Source: Sphingopyxis sp.
Lineage (GTDB): Bacteria; Pseudomonadota; Alphaproteobacteria; Sphingomonadales; Sphingomonadaceae
NCBI GenBank assembly: GCA_013911715.1
Contig: JACEST010000001.1
Span: 12-64,011 of the forward strand
Reading direction: 5' to 3'
Length of the DNA: 64,000 nucleotides
Positions 36,716 through 47,032 of the stretch are shown piece by piece; positions within the stretch are counted from its first letter, which is position 1; each line of letters begins with the position of its first letter. The notes under the pieces are model-generated. The model was not told the DNA's origin. It saw only the letters and a list, made by a program, of their open reading frames with translations, and searched no databases. Both the position numbers and the translations under genes were made by a program.

Positions 36716-36746
36716 ACTCGCTCGAAAAGGGACGTTGCAACCGCTC

Positions 36747-37649
36747 TTAACGCCTTATCAGCGTCCCGGCACCCCTTGCCGTGAAAATTTCGATGAGCAT
36801 CGCGTGCGGGACGCGGCCGTCGAGGATGACGGCGGCATCGACCCCGTCCTCGACCGCCGAAACGCATGTGTCGAGCTTAGGGATCATCCCGCCGCTGATG
36901 GTCCCGTCGGCCATCAATTCAGCGATGCGCGCAGGATCAAGGTCGGTCAGCAAAATACCATCCTTGCCCAGCACCCCCGCCACATCGGTGAGCAGAAACA
37001 GTCGCGCCGCGCCCAGCGCCGCCGCGACTGCGCCCGCCATCGTATCGGCGTTGATATTATAGGTATGACCGTCGCTGCCAATCGCGATGGGGGCGATGAC
37101 CGGGATCAGGTCGGCGCACAGCAATGTGTCGATCACGCGCCGGTCAACGCGCGCGGGTTCGCCCACGAAACCGAGGTCGACATGGCGTTCGACGCCGATT
37201 TGCGGATTGGCATCGCGCCCGACCTTTTCGGCGATGACGAGGCCAGCGTCTTTGCCCGACAGTCCCACCGCGCGGCCGCCTGCTTCGGCAATCCAGCTGA
37301 CAATATCCTTGTTGATCGCCCCCAGCACCATTTCGGCAACGCTGGCGGTTTCGGCGTCGGTGACGCGAAGCCCGCCGACGAACTGCGATTCAACGCCCAG
37401 CCGCGCCAGCATCTTGCCGATCTGCGGCCCGCCGCCATGGACGACCACCGGGTTGATGCCGACCGCGCGCAACAGCACGATATCTTCGGCAAAATCGCGC
37501 TGGCGTTCGGGGTCACCCATCGCATGGCCGCCATATTTGACCACGAACGTCTGCCCGGCATAGCGCTGGAGATAAGGCAGCGCCTCGACGAGCGTTTCTG
37601 CCTTGGCGAGCAGCTCGGCCATGCGGCCAGGGTCAGCGCCGCCGGTCAT
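36747..37649 (-). CDS. argB: Acetylglutamate kinase
   Basis: [30 protein letters not shown]. Confidence 0.97.
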   Translation of the reverse strand: MTGGADPGRMAELLAKAETLVEALPYLQRYAGQTFVVKYGGHAMGDPERQRDFAEDIVLLRAVGINPVVVHGGGPQIGKMLARLGVESQFVGGLRVTDAETASVAEMVLGAINKDIVSWIAEAGGRAVGLSGKDAGLVIAEKVGRDANPQIGVERHVDLGFVGEPARVDRRVIDTLLCADLIPVIAPIAIGSDGHTYNINADTMAGAVAAALGAARLFLLTDVAGVLGKDGILLTDLDPARIAELMADGTISGGMIPKLDTCVSAVEDGVDAAVILDGRVPHAMLIEIFTARGAGTLIRR

Positions 37650-38305
37650 GCGAAGCGCGCGTCGACCCAGCGGCCGAGCGCGACGGCAAGCTGGACGAAC
37701 AGCGGGACCATGATGATCGACAGGAAAATCTTGGCGGTCAGCGCGCCGATCAGCAATTGTGGCAAGTCATAACCCTCGACCCCGGCAAATGCGATGGTGA
37801 TGAACAGGGTGGTGTCGACGAGCTGGCTGATGACAGCGGCAATCCCGCCGCGCAGCCACACCATCCGGCCCGTGCCGCTGCGCAGCCGGTCGAAGATATA
37901 GACGTTCAATGTCTGCGAAATGCCGTAGCTGATCAGCCCTGCGGCCATCAGCCGCGATCCTTGCGCCAAAATCAGCTGATATTCGGCCTGCTTGTCCCAA
38001 AAACCGGCGGCGGGCAGCGCGATCACGAGCTGGATCAGCAGCGCCGACAGGATGAGCGGGATGAAGCCGAAGCGCACCAGCCGATTGGCGGCGGCGGGGC
38101 CGTGGAGTTCATTGACCGCGCTCGACAGCACGACGAGCTGGAGGAAGGCGAAAATCCCCGCTTCGACCGTCAGCGGCCCGATGGCGACAATTTTGACGCC
38201 GAGCACGCCTGCGACGACGACCAGCCCGCCATAGACCACGGCAAAGAGCAGCATCGACGGGGAAATGCCGCGCAGCGGCGGCGAAGCGGTGGTTTCGGTC
38301 ATCAC
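37646..38305 (-). CDS. Queuosine precursor transporter (YhhQ/VUT family)
   Basis: ELHG...A.R.V..GF, SQ.L.V.IF, SQLVDT..FI.IAF. Confidence 0.85.
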   Translation of the reverse strand: MMTETTASPPLRGISPSMLLFAVVYGGLVVVAGVLGVKIVAIGPLTVEAGIFAFLQLVVLSSAVNELHGPAAANRLVRFGFIPLILSALLIQLVIALPAAGFWDKQAEYQLILAQGSRLMAAGLISYGISQTLNVYIFDRLRSGTGRMVWLRGGIAAVISQLVDTTLFITIAFAGVEGYDLPQLLIGALTAKIFLSIIMVPLFVQLAVALGRWVDARFA

Positions 38306-38365
38306 CAGCGCTTATCGCCATTTGCGTGGCGAATGCAACCAAGCGCCGCGCGGCGGCGGCGCGCG

Positions 38366-40333
38366 TCACTCGGGTGGATTGTGGCGCGCCAGAAATTCTC
38401 CCATCGCCTCGAGCAGCGCCAAGCGGTCGGCCTCGCGCGTGAAATAATGGTCGGCGAGCGGGAGCGAGAGAAATTCGCTCGATTTGCCCGCGCGCCGCAT
38501 CGCGGCGTGCATCTTGTCCGACTGGCTGTGATTGACGGTCACATCTTTCTTGCCATGGATCAGCAGCAACGGTGCCGTGATGCGGTCGATGGCGTTGATC
38601 GGCGACACGGCAGCAAAATCATGGCTCAATTTGGCCCATTGGCTGCGATAAAGATTCTCGCGCGACGATCCGCCGAAATCACTCGCTTCCTTGCGCATAT
38701 TCGACACGCCCGCGATCGAAATGGCGCAGCGATATAGCCCCGGGTCCTTCGCGAGCCCCCACATGGCGGCATAGCCGCCATAGGATGCGCCGACGATGCA
38801 CACGCGCCCCGGATCAGCCAGCCCCTCGCCCACCGCCCAGCCCAGCGCGTCGGTCAGATCATCCTGCATGGCAAGGCCAATCTGGCCATGCGCCTTTTCG
38901 ACGAAGGCCTGGCCATAGCCGGTCGAACCACGAAAATTGGGCTGGATCACGCCATAACCGCGCTCAGCCAGAAACTGAGCCCAATAATCATAGCTCAGCC
39001 TGTCCTGCGCCCATGGTCCGCCGTGCGGCATGACGATGAAGGGCAGCGCCTTGGCCGCCCGTCCGCGCGGCAGCGTCAGCACCGCTTCGATCTCCAGACC
39101 ATCGCGCGCCTTGTAACGCACCAGTTTGGTCCGCGACAATCGCTTGTTGCCAATCATATCGTTCATCGCCGCGAGCCGCGCCAGATCGCCGGCCACGCTG
39201 TCGAAATAAAACAGCAGACCAGGATTGTCGGGGCTCTCGATTCGCACCAGCATCTTGGTCCGGTCGGCACTCATGCTGATGATCGACACATTGGCCGCAG
39301 GCGCGCTGGCGTCGAGGTCTTTCTGGATTTCGGCCAATGCCTGGTCCAGCCACTGGATCGGCCGGTCGGGGTCCGATGTGAACACGCCCAGCACGCGGCT
39401 GCCATCACGGGTGGTCCAAATGCCTTCGGCGTTGCCCTTGTCGGGGGCAAAAACCACACGCTGCTGCGTGCCGTTCGCCATATCGACTTCGGCCAGCACC
39501 GTCTGGCCGCTGTCGCTCTGGGTCAGCACCAGCGCATGATCGGTGCCGTCGATAAACTCCAGCGGATAGGTCAGCTCCTCATCATCGCGCAGCGTCGCGC
39601 GCTCGGTGATATCCATCGAACCGCCGCCTTCGCGGCGATAGAGCAGGTTCGAGCGCGTCGAACTGTCACGATAGCTGATGGCATAGCGCACCCGGCCGTG
39701 CCGGTCAGCGCCCCAGTCATAAACATTGGTGCGCCCGTTTTCGACGGTGCGCCATTTGCCGGTGGCGACATTGACGCGGTACACCGTCGGCCAAAATTCG
39801 GGATAATTGCTGTAGATGGAATTTTGCGCCGCGATCAGCACTTCGTTCGATCCATCGTGCGGCACCCACAATAAATCTGCGCCTTGCCCCTTCAAATTCC
39901 ACAGCAAATTGGTAATCCGCCCGGTTGGGCGATGCACGGCGGAATAACGGCTGACATACCAATTGTCGCCTTCGACCGGCATCAAAGTGTTCAGCTGGAC
40001 GATGACATGATCATCATTGACCCAGCGCAGGCGCCCAAATTCGCTCAGGTCGGGCAGCGCGATCACGGGCGCGCGGCTGCGATCACCCGTCACCGGCATG
40101 ATGATCAGCCGCTGCGCGCCGTCAGCTGCAATCAGACCGGCGATGTGGGTGCCATCGGGCGACAGCACCGGCCGTTCGATAAAGGGCAATTGGGCAAAGG
40201 CGCTGGTGGGCAGCTTTTCCAGCGGCTTCGCCGCCGCCGGCGCGGGTGCCGTCTGGGCATGAACGGGCCTTCCTGTCGCCGCCGCCACAGCTGCCAATAG
40301 CAAACACCACCCGATGATCGTCCGCCAACCCAT
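38366..40333 (-). CDS. S9 family (prolyl oligopeptidase-like) peptidase, secreted
   Basis: Signal peptide, PHGGP, NFRGSTGYG, GASYGG, HG..D, H catalytic triad. Confidence 0.9.
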   Translation of the reverse strand: MGWRTIIGWCLLLAAVAAATGRPVHAQTAPAPAAAKPLEKLPTSAFAQLPFIERPVLSPDGTHIAGLIAADGAQRLIIMPVTGDRSRAPVIALPDLSEFGRLRWVNDDHVIVQLNTLMPVEGDNWYVSRYSAVHRPTGRITNLLWNLKGQGADLLWVPHDGSNEVLIAAQNSIYSNYPEFWPTVYRVNVATGKWRTVENGRTNVYDWGADRHGRVRYAISYRDSSTRSNLLYRREGGGSMDITERATLRDDEELTYPLEFIDGTDHALVLTQSDSGQTVLAEVDMANGTQQRVVFAPDKGNAEGIWTTRDGSRVLGVFTSDPDRPIQWLDQALAEIQKDLDASAPAANVSIISMSADRTKMLVRIESPDNPGLLFYFDSVAGDLARLAAMNDMIGNKRLSRTKLVRYKARDGLEIEAVLTLPRGRAAKALPFIVMPHGGPWAQDRLSYDYWAQFLAERGYGVIQPNFRGSTGYGQAFVEKAHGQIGLAMQDDLTDALGWAVGEGLADPGRVCIVGASYGGYAAMWGLAKDPGLYRCAISIAGVSNMRKEASDFGGSSRENLYRSQWAKLSHDFAAVSPINAIDRITAPLLLIHGKKDVTVNHSQSDKMHAAMRRAGKSSEFLSLPLADHYFTREADRLALLEAMGEFLARHNPPE

Positions 40334-40526
40334 ATTACCATCTCCGTAGCAACACGCAAACCTCCTAGCGCCATCAAGTGGTTTATTTCGGGCGGTTTCC
40401 AGCTTCAAGGGGGCCTGCGAATTTTTCTGTACGGCTGCGGCGTCAACGCGCGCTGCTGGCCAAGGCTTGCCAGCGCCAATTGTCGGGCTAAACCCCTGCA
40501 CAGCGAAGCGCAGGGGTGAAAATAGC

Positions 40527-41828
40527 ATGCAAAGCCTGATTGGTCTGGTCGGAATCGTCGCCATTCTGGCCATTGCCCTCCTGTTTTCGTCGAACCGCCG
40601 CTGGATCCGGCCGCGCGTGGTCGTGCCCGCTTTTCTGCTCCAGGCCGGCTTTGCGCTGCTCGTGCTCGGCACGCCGTGGGGCCGCGCGGTGATTCAAGGG
40701 ATGTCCGAAGGCGTTTCGAATCTGCTCGGCTATGCCAAGGCGGGAACCGATTTCATCTTTGGCCCGCTGGCGGGTCCCGAAATCGGCGGCAACAGCTTTG
40801 CCATCGCCGCGCTGCCGGTGATCATCTTCTTCGCCTCGCTCATCTCGATCCTCTATTATCTGGGCATCATGCAACTGGTGATCAAATGGGTCGGCGGCGG
40901 CATCCAGAAAATCACCGGCATCACCAAGGTCGAAAGTCTGGGTGCGGCGGCGAATATCTTTGTCGGGCAAAGCGAAAGTCCGCTGGTCATCCGTCCCTAT
41001 CTGGCCGCGCTGACCCCGCCGCAGCTGTTCACCATCATGTGCGTCGGCATGGCCGGGGTCGCGGGGACGATTTTGGGAGCCTATGCCAGCCTGGTCGGCG
41101 AACAATTGCTGCCCTATTTGCTCGCGGCCAGCTTCATGTCGGCCCCGGGCGGGATTTTGATGGCAAAGATTATCATGCCCGACGATCCGCAGGATATCGG
41201 CATCGAACCCGTCATCATGCCCGATGCCAGCCACGACGAGGAAAAGCCTGCGAATATCATCATGGCTGCGGCGCAGGGTGCGCAGACCGGCGTCAAGCTC
41301 GCCGTTGCGGTCGGCGCGATGGTGTTGGCGTTCGTAGCGCTGGTTGCGCTCGCCAATGGCCTGCTCGGCGGGCTGGGCAATATGCTGGGGCAGCAAGGCT
41401 GGTCGTTTCAAAGCGCGCTGGGGTTTGTCTTTGCGCCGGTCATGTATCTGGTCGGGGTGCCGTGGGAGGAAACGGGTGCCATCGGCGGGCTGTTCGGAAC
41501 CAAAATCGTCCTCAACGAATTTGTCGCCTTCATCGAATTGGGCGCGATTCAAGGAGCGCTTTCGCCCGCCGCCGTCGCTATCGGCACCTTTGCGCTGTGC
41601 GGCTTCGCCAATTTCAGCTCAATTGCGATCCAGATGGCGGTGACTGGCGGGCTCGCGCCCAACCAGCGGCCGATGATTGCCAAGCTGGGGCTGAAGGCAC
41701 TGCTCGCGGGCAGCCTTGCCAATCTCATGTCGGCGACGCTGGCGGGGCTGATCCTGACCTTTGCGCCGCCGGTCACCGCGCCCGCCGCGCCGCCGCCGCC
41801 CGCCGCCGTTACAACGCCATCAGGCTGA
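40527..41828 (+). CDS. nupC: NupC/CNT family nucleoside transporter
   Basis: FIFG, ANIFVGQSE, GTKIVLNEFVA, FALCGFAN. Confidence 0.93.
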   Translation: MQSLIGLVGIVAILAIALLFSSNRRWIRPRVVVPAFLLQAGFALLVLGTPWGRAVIQGMSEGVSNLLGYAKAGTDFIFGPLAGPEIGGNSFAIAALPVIIFFASLISILYYLGIMQLVIKWVGGGIQKITGITKVESLGAAANIFVGQSESPLVIRPYLAALTPPQLFTIMCVGMAGVAGTILGAYASLVGEQLLPYLLAASFMSAPGGILMAKIIMPDDPQDIGIEPVIMPDASHDEEKPANIIMAAAQGAQTGVKLAVAVGAMVLAFVALVALANGLLGGLGNMLGQQGWSFQSALGFVFAPVMYLVGVPWEETGAIGGLFGTKIVLNEFVAFIELGAIQGALSPAAVAIGTFALCGFANFSSIAIQMAVTGGLAPNQRPMIAKLGLKALLAGSLANLMSATLAGLILTFAPPVTAPAAPPPPAAVTTPSG

Positions 41829-42978
41829 ACGCGGCGCGCACTTCGGCGACGAACAATCGGGGCTGTTCCCACGCGGCAAAATGGCCGCCTTTGGCCGGCT
41901 CGCCCCAATGGACGATATGGGTGTAGCGCCGTTCGGCCCAGCGGCGCGACAGGCGCAGGATTTCCTGCGGAAACAGGCTGCACCCCGTCGGGACATGCAC
42001 TGGCGCGCCGACAAAGTTGCGGAAGCTGTGCCAATAGAGCCGCGCCGATGACGCTGCGCTCGCGGTGAACCAATAAAGGCTGACCGTGTCGAGTATCGCA
42101 TCGCGGCTGAGCGCGCGTTCGGGGTGCCCGCCGACCGACTGGCCGCCCGGCTCGTGGCCGCAATCGGTCCAGCCGTGGCATTTCTCGACAATCCAGCACA
42201 TCTGCCCGACCGGGCTGTCGGTCAGGCCATAGCCGATGGTCTGCGGCCGGGTCGCGTGGATCGTCGCATAGCCATTGTCCTTGCTCTGATACCAGCCGAA
42301 GCGCGCCAGATAGGATTGCTCCTGCGGCGTCAGGTCATTCATTGTCGCGGGGTCGGGCTGGCCGACTACCATATTGATGTGGATGCCCGCACAATTTGCC
42401 GCATGGTTTGATCCCAGCGCCGATGTCACCGCGCTGCCCCAATCGCCGCCTTGCGCGAAATAGCGGGGGTAGCCGAGCCGCTGCATCAGCGCGTCCCACG
42501 CGCGCGCGATATGCTCGACCGACCATTGGGCAGCGGCGGGCTTGCCCGAAAAAGCGTATCCAGGAAGTGATGGAATAACAAGATGATAGTCGTCAGAAAG
42601 CGACGCTATGACGTCAAGAAATTCGAGCACTGACCCCGGCCAGCCGTGCGTCAGAATGAGCGGCCGCGCGGCGGGGTTGGCTGAGGGCGAGTGCAGGAAA
42701 TGGATGTCGAGGTCGTCGACTTCGGCCAGAAATTGTGGCAGCGCATTGAGCCGCGCCTCGATCCGCCGCCAGTCATATTGGTGCTGCCAATAGCCCGCAA
42801 GCTCCTGCGCATAGGTGAGCGGCACGCCCTGGTCCCAGCCGTCCACCGTCTCACGCTCGGGCCAGCGCGTGTTCGCCAGCCGCGCCTTCAGGTCGGCGAT
42901 CGCGCTGTCGGGGACATGGACGGTGAAAGGGCGCGGCGCGCCGACTGCCAGCGTCACGGGCGCGCCGGTGCCTTGCAC
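41809..42978 (-). CDS. Epoxide hydrolase (microsomal type)
   Basis: YDWR, HGWPGS, PSLPGY, QGGDWG, GGHFAAWEQP. Confidence 0.92.
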   Translation of the reverse strand: MQGTGAPVTLAVGAPRPFTVHVPDSAIADLKARLANTRWPERETVDGWDQGVPLTYAQELAGYWQHQYDWRRIEARLNALPQFLAEVDDLDIHFLHSPSANPAARPLILTHGWPGSVLEFLDVIASLSDDYHLVIPSLPGYAFSGKPAAAQWSVEHIARAWDALMQRLGYPRYFAQGGDWGSAVTSALGSNHAANCAGIHINMVVGQPDPATMNDLTPQEQSYLARFGWYQSKDNGYATIHATRPQTIGYGLTDSPVGQMCWIVEKCHGWTDCGHEPGGQSVGGHPERALSRDAILDTVSLYWFTASAASSARLYWHSFRNFVGAPVHVPTGCSLFPQEILRLSRRWAERRYTHIVHWGEPAKGGHFAAWEQPRLFVAEVRAAFSLMAL

Positions 42979-43442
42979 CCGCGCGACAGGCCGACTCCTT
43001 TCAGAAACCCGCGCCGCGCGGTTCCAGCCTGCACCGCAATGGCATAGCGGCGGCGTTCGGCGTTCGCCCCGCTCACCTCGCCGACGATGCCGCTGAACGG
43101 GATCAGGCTCTTGCCTGCCGAACCCACCAGTCGCCCCGCAGTCGCTTCGCGCTTTTCGGCACGCGATTTTTCGACAATTTCATTGGCATCGGGCCCAAGC
43201 ACCGCGTCGAGTTCACGGATCTCCTGCGCAATGGCGGTGCACTGGTCCATGTCGGTCAGCGCGTAGGGATTGTCCTGAATCGCCGCCAGCTTCGCGGGTA
43301 TCTCTTTGCCATCAAATGGTTCGGTCACGGTGTTGCCGACATCCTTGACCTTTGGATCTTCGAGGATCTTGTCCTGCGCCATGGTGGGGGCAGCGCACCC
43401 AAACAGGGTCACTGCCGCGATCATGCCAAGCGATTTCATCAT
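42954..43442 (-). CDS. Secreted hypothetical protein
   Basis: Signal peptide; LDAVLGPD, IPF.G...VSGA, RRGFLKG motifs. Confidence 0.7.
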   Translation of the reverse strand: MMKSLGMIAAVTLFGCAAPTMAQDKILEDPKVKDVGNTVTEPFDGKEIPAKLAAIQDNPYALTDMDQCTAIAQEIRELDAVLGPDANEIVEKSRAEKREATAGRLVGSAGKSLIPFSGIVGEVSGANAERRRYAIAVQAGTARRGFLKGVGLSRGCKAPARP

Positions 43443-43499
43443 AGTGTCTTGTCCATGCCGCGCCGCGCTTGCGGTTCATCAAATCCTGCTTTCACCATA

Positions 43500-43895
43500 T
43501 TACATTACGCGCACATGATTGCCATAGGCCGCGAGCTGGCTGTCGGCGGTCAGGAAGCTCATCCGTTCGGCGGCGGCCTGCGCGACCATCAGGCGGTCGA
43601 ACGGGTCGCGATGATGGAAGGGCAAAGATTCGATGCTGGCCAGATGGCTTGGCGAAATCGACAACAGGTCAAAGCCAGTCGCAGCGAACTCGGTGGCGGC
43701 CAGTTCCACTGGCGGAACCGGGTCTCCAATTGCCTGGCGACCAGTGGGCCGCTTGATTGCGATTTCCCACAAGCCAACAATACTCACAAAAATGCTGTTG
43801 TTCGGATCGATGATCCATTGGGCCGCATCGCGCGACAATTTCTCGGGCTGGAGAATGGCCCAGACGGCAATGTGGGTGTCGAGCAATATCCTCAT
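43500..43895 (-). CDS. vapC: VapC/PIN domain toxin
   Basis: ILLDTH, WEIAIK, HRDPFDR..VAQA, TAD. Confidence 0.92.
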   Translation of the reverse strand: MRILLDTHIAVWAILQPEKLSRDAAQWIIDPNNSIFVSIVGLWEIAIKRPTGRQAIGDPVPPVELAATEFAATGFDLLSISPSHLASIESLPFHHRDPFDRLMVAQAAAERMSFLTADSQLAAYGNHVRVM

Positions 43896-44164
43896 TCGCC
43901 ATAAAGGCGCGCTTTGCGCTCCGCCTCGGCCTCGAACATTTCCAGCACCTCGGCATCAAGCGCCTGAAAGGCTTCATAATCGAACGTGAATTTGCCTTTG
44001 GCGCGCCCAAGCACACGCGGCTTTCGCTCCGCCGCAATCGGCACCAACCGCACCGCGGGTTTGCCGTTGCGCGCGATGATGATTTCGGCCTCGGCGCCGC
44101 TCTCGACCGCTTCGATCAGCTTCGAAAGATGCGTCTTCGCCTCATGGATATTGACATAGCCCAT
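43892..44164 (-). CDS. Phd/YefM family antitoxin
   Basis: NIHEAKTHLSKL, IIARNGKP.VRLVP; ATGA overlap with toxin. Confidence 0.92.
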   Translation of the reverse strand: MGYVNIHEAKTHLSKLIEAVESGAEAEIIIARNGKPAVRLVPIAAERKPRVLGRAKGKFTFDYEAFQALDAEVLEMFEAEAERKARLYGE

Positions 44165-44170
44165 GGGATG

Positions 44171-44199
44171 AACTTAGTCCGACTTAGCTAAGCTGTCAA
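44171..44199 (-). promoter_or_regulatory. TA operon promoter with operator
   Basis: TTGACA-N17-TAAGTT, ATG follows after 6 nt; palindrome CTTAGCTAAG 44183-44192 in the spacer. Confidence 0.7.
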
Positions 44200-44201
44200 T
44201 G

Positions 44202-45071
44202 CTAGCGCGTCGGCACCGGTTCCGGCCCCGTCCAGTCATAAAATCCGCGTCCCGACTTTTTGCCGGTCCAGCCCGCCTCGACATATTGCACCAGCAGCGG
44301 CGCCGGACGGAATTTGGGGTCGCCGGTGCCATTGTGCAGCACGCGGATAATCTCCAGACAGGTGTCGAGCCCGATAAAATCGGCGAGCGTCAGCGGCCCC
44401 ATTGGGTGGTTGAGGCCGAGCCGGCACGCGGTGTCGATGTCGCGCATGCTGGCGACGCTCTCGCCCAGCGCAAACACCGCCTCGTTGATCATCGGCATCA
44501 AAACGCGATTGACGATGAAGCCGGGCGCGTCGTTGGCGTGGACGATTTCTTTGCCCAAATTGCGCCCAAAAGCCTCAACTGCGGCCAATGTTTCGGCGCT
44601 GGTGGCGAGCCCGCGAATAATCTCTATCAGCCCCATCACCGGCACCGGGTTGAAAAAATGGACGCCGATGAACCGCGCCGGATCGGGCGCGGCTTGTGCC
44701 AGCCGGGTTATCGGGATGCTGCTGGTGTTGGTGGCGAGGATGGCGGCTGCCGACAGATGCGCGCCGACGCTTTTGAAGATCGCGCGCTTCACCTCCTCGC
44801 GCTCGGTCGCCGCCTCGATTACCAGGCCGCACGGCGCAAAGGCGGCATGATCGGCGACCGGGGTGATCCGTGCCAGCAGCGCATCGGCATCAGCAGCGGT
44901 CATCTTCTCTTTCGTGACCAGCCGGTTCAATGCCTTGGCAATCCCCGCCTTGCCTGTCTCCGCACGAGCGAGATCAATGTCACACAACAGCACGTCATGG
45001 CCTGCGCCTGCGCTAACCTGTGCAATCCCCGCACCCATTTGGCCTGCGCCGATGACGCCGATAGTTTTCAT
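44202..45071 (-). CDS. 3-hydroxybutyryl-CoA dehydrogenase
   Basis: GAGQMG, TNTSS, HFFNP, PGFIVNR, HPMGPL. Confidence 0.92.
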   Translation of the reverse strand: MKTIGVIGAGQMGAGIAQVSAGAGHDVLLCDIDLARAETGKAGIAKALNRLVTKEKMTAADADALLARITPVADHAAFAPCGLVIEAATEREEVKRAIFKSVGAHLSAAAILATNTSSIPITRLAQAAPDPARFIGVHFFNPVPVMGLIEIIRGLATSAETLAAVEAFGRNLGKEIVHANDAPGFIVNRVLMPMINEAVFALGESVASMRDIDTACRLGLNHPMGPLTLADFIGLDTCLEIIRVLHNGTGDPKFRPAPLLVQYVEAGWTGKKSGRGFYDWTGPEPVPTR

Positions 45072-45093
45072 GAAACGACCTCAAACCCTAGAA

Positions 45094-45183
45094 CCGTCCA
45101 CCCTGAGCTTGTCGAAGGGGTGCCCTTGTCTTTTGCACCGCTTAGAGAAAAGAACGGCCCTTCGACAAGCTCAGGGCGGGCGG
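45094..45183. repeat. Intergenic palindromic repeat family B
   Basis: CCCTGAGCTTGTCGAAGGG ... CCCTTCGACAAGCTCAGGG. Confidence 0.85.
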
Positions 45184-45211
45184 GGTAGGAAAAATCTTTG
45201 ATTTTCATGCC

Positions 45212-45793
45212 CTAACGCGACGCCCCCGGCACCCACAATATGTCGTTTGCGCCATTGCCATTGGCGGCGCGGCACGCGACGAACAACCAGTCGGACAGCC
45301 GGTTGAGATAGGCCAAAGCAAACGGATTGAGCGCACGTTCGCCCGCCGCAGCGACGGCGCTGCGTTCGGCGCGCCGCGTTGCCGTGCGCGCGAGATGCAG
45401 CCGCGCCGCGCCCTCGCTGCCGCCCGGCAGAATGAAACTGGTGAGCGGCGGCATCGCGGCGTTCATCGCGTCAATTTCGCTCTCGAGCCGGGCGACCTGT
45501 GACGCGACAATGCGCAGCGCCATTTCGCCGGGCGCAAAGGGTTCGGCACCCGCATCGGCGGGCGTGGCGAGATCAGCGCCCAGATCGAACAGGTCATTCT
45601 GGATCCGCGTCAATCGCGTGGCCATGCCCGCGTCGTCCAATGCGCGGATGGCAAAACCGATCAGGCTGTTGGCCTCGTCAACATCGCCGATCGCCGCCAT
45701 CAGCGCGTCATGCTTGGCGACGCGCGAGCCATCGACAAGCCCGGTGGTGCCATCGTCGCCGGTGCGCGTGTAAATCTTGTTGAGCTTGACCAA
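45212..45793 (-). CDS. Cob(I)alamin adenosyltransferase, PduO type
   Basis: KIYTRTGD.G.T, GDVDE.NS, FILPGG, RRAER, YLNRLSD. Confidence 0.95.
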   Translation of the reverse strand: MVKLNKIYTRTGDDGTTGLVDGSRVAKHDALMAAIGDVDEANSLIGFAIRALDDAGMATRLTRIQNDLFDLGADLATPADAGAEPFAPGEMALRIVASQVARLESEIDAMNAAMPPLTSFILPGGSEGAARLHLARTATRRAERSAVAAAGERALNPFALAYLNRLSDWLFVACRAANGNGANDILWVPGASR

Positions 45794-45805
45794 GGGAGCA
45801 GCGGT

Positions 45806-46030
45806 TCAGGCGGCGGCGGCGAAAATGCCGATCAGGATCAACAGCAATATGGTGATCGCCTGCCATTTGACGCGCGCCATCATCATCCGGTTCTGCATCA
45901 GCTGATTTTCTTTCAGCGTCCCGTCCATTTCGGCGCGGTGGCCTTGCGAAAAATGATACAGCCCGCGCCCGAGGGCGGCGAGCACCAATGCTGCGGCGAC
46001 GACAACGCCGATGATCAAAAGTGCGTTCAT
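45806..46030 (-). CDS. HIG1-like twin transmembrane helix small protein
   Basis: Two TM helices around QNRMMMARVKWQ. Confidence 0.8.
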   Translation of the reverse strand: MNALLIIGVVVAAALVLAALGRGLYHFSQGHRAEMDGTLKENQLMQNRMMMARVKWQAITILLLILIGIFAAAA

Positions 46031-46040
46031 GTCGGCCCTT

Positions 46041-46895
46041 TTACCCGCTCGCCCACGAATATCCAGCGGGCAGTTGCCGAACACGTAATCGCGCCGCCAG
46101 TTCCGTACCGTTGATGCCGTCGGCGCGCAGCACGGCGAGTGTCGCCGTCCGGTCACGCTTGGCCAGCCGGCGCCCGTCGGCGCCGCAAACCAGCGCATGG
46201 TGATGATAGTCGGGTATTGGCAGACCGAACAGCCTTTGCAGCAGCAGATGGACGGCGGTCGCCGCGAGCAAATCGGCCCCGCGCACAACCAGCGCGATGC
46301 CCATTGCAGCGTCGTCGAGCGTGCTGGCCAGATGATAGCTCGCGGGCGCATCCTTGCGCGCGATCACGACATCGCCGTGCGGCAAGGGGTCGAACGCTGT
46401 TAGCGCGCCATTGTTGACTGCCGACAGCGCTCCGGCAACGGCGGCGGCGCGCGCCATGTCGATCCGCCACGCATAGGCGCGCGTCGCCGCCCCCTCGGCG
46501 CGCGCGTCGGGCGACAAATTGCGGCACGTGCCCGGATAGATCGCCCCCGAAGGCCCGTGCGGCGCGGCGACGCTCGCCGCAACATCGCCGCGGGTGCAGA
46601 AACAGGGATAGGCAAGCCCGCGTGCGACCAGCGTGTCGAGCGCGGCGGCATAATCCGCCAGATGCGCGCTCTGCCGCCACAGCGGCGGCGCCCAGTCGAT
46701 GCCCAGCCAGGCAAGGTCGGCGATGGCGGCGTCGACAAATTCGGCGCGCGAGCGTGTTCCGTCAATGTCATCGATCCGCAGCCGCATCCGGCCGCCGCTG
46801 CGCGCGGCGCAGTCCTGTGCTATGACCGCGCTATAAGCATGGCCCAGATGCAGCAATCCGCTCGGGCTGGGGGCGAAACGGGTATCAGTCAACAC
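46041..46895 (-). CDS. gluQ: Glutamyl-Q tRNA(Asp) synthetase
   Basis: RFAPSPSG.LHLGH, YPCFCTR, YPGTCR, VVRGADL, LAKR; short, no anticodon domain. Confidence 0.9.
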   Translation of the reverse strand: MLTDTRFAPSPSGLLHLGHAYSAVIAQDCAARSGGRMRLRIDDIDGTRSRAEFVDAAIADLAWLGIDWAPPLWRQSAHLADYAAALDTLVARGLAYPCFCTRGDVAASVAAPHGPSGAIYPGTCRNLSPDARAEGAATRAYAWRIDMARAAAVAGALSAVNNGALTAFDPLPHGDVVIARKDAPASYHLASTLDDAAMGIALVVRGADLLAATAVHLLLQRLFGLPIPDYHHHALVCGADGRRLAKRDRTATLAVLRADGINGTELAARLRVRQLPAGYSWASG

Positions 46896-46902
46896 GCGCA
46901 AG

Positions 46903-46950
46903 AATCCACATACAGCGCCGCTGCGGTGCCGCAATCGCCACATCTGGTGG
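46903..46950. promoter_or_regulatory. Tandem NrdR-like boxes
   Basis: aatCcAcATacaGcgc (46903) and tcgCcAcATcTgGtgg (46935), 32 bp apart; consensus acaCwAtATaTwGtgt; TTGACG at 46962. Confidence 0.5.
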
Positions 46951-47032
46951 CATTTGCCCCCTTGACGTCACGAATCGCATGGCGTTGTAATGGGTTCGTC
47001 ATCAGTCCGCGTCAAACGGCGCGCAGGAAAGC

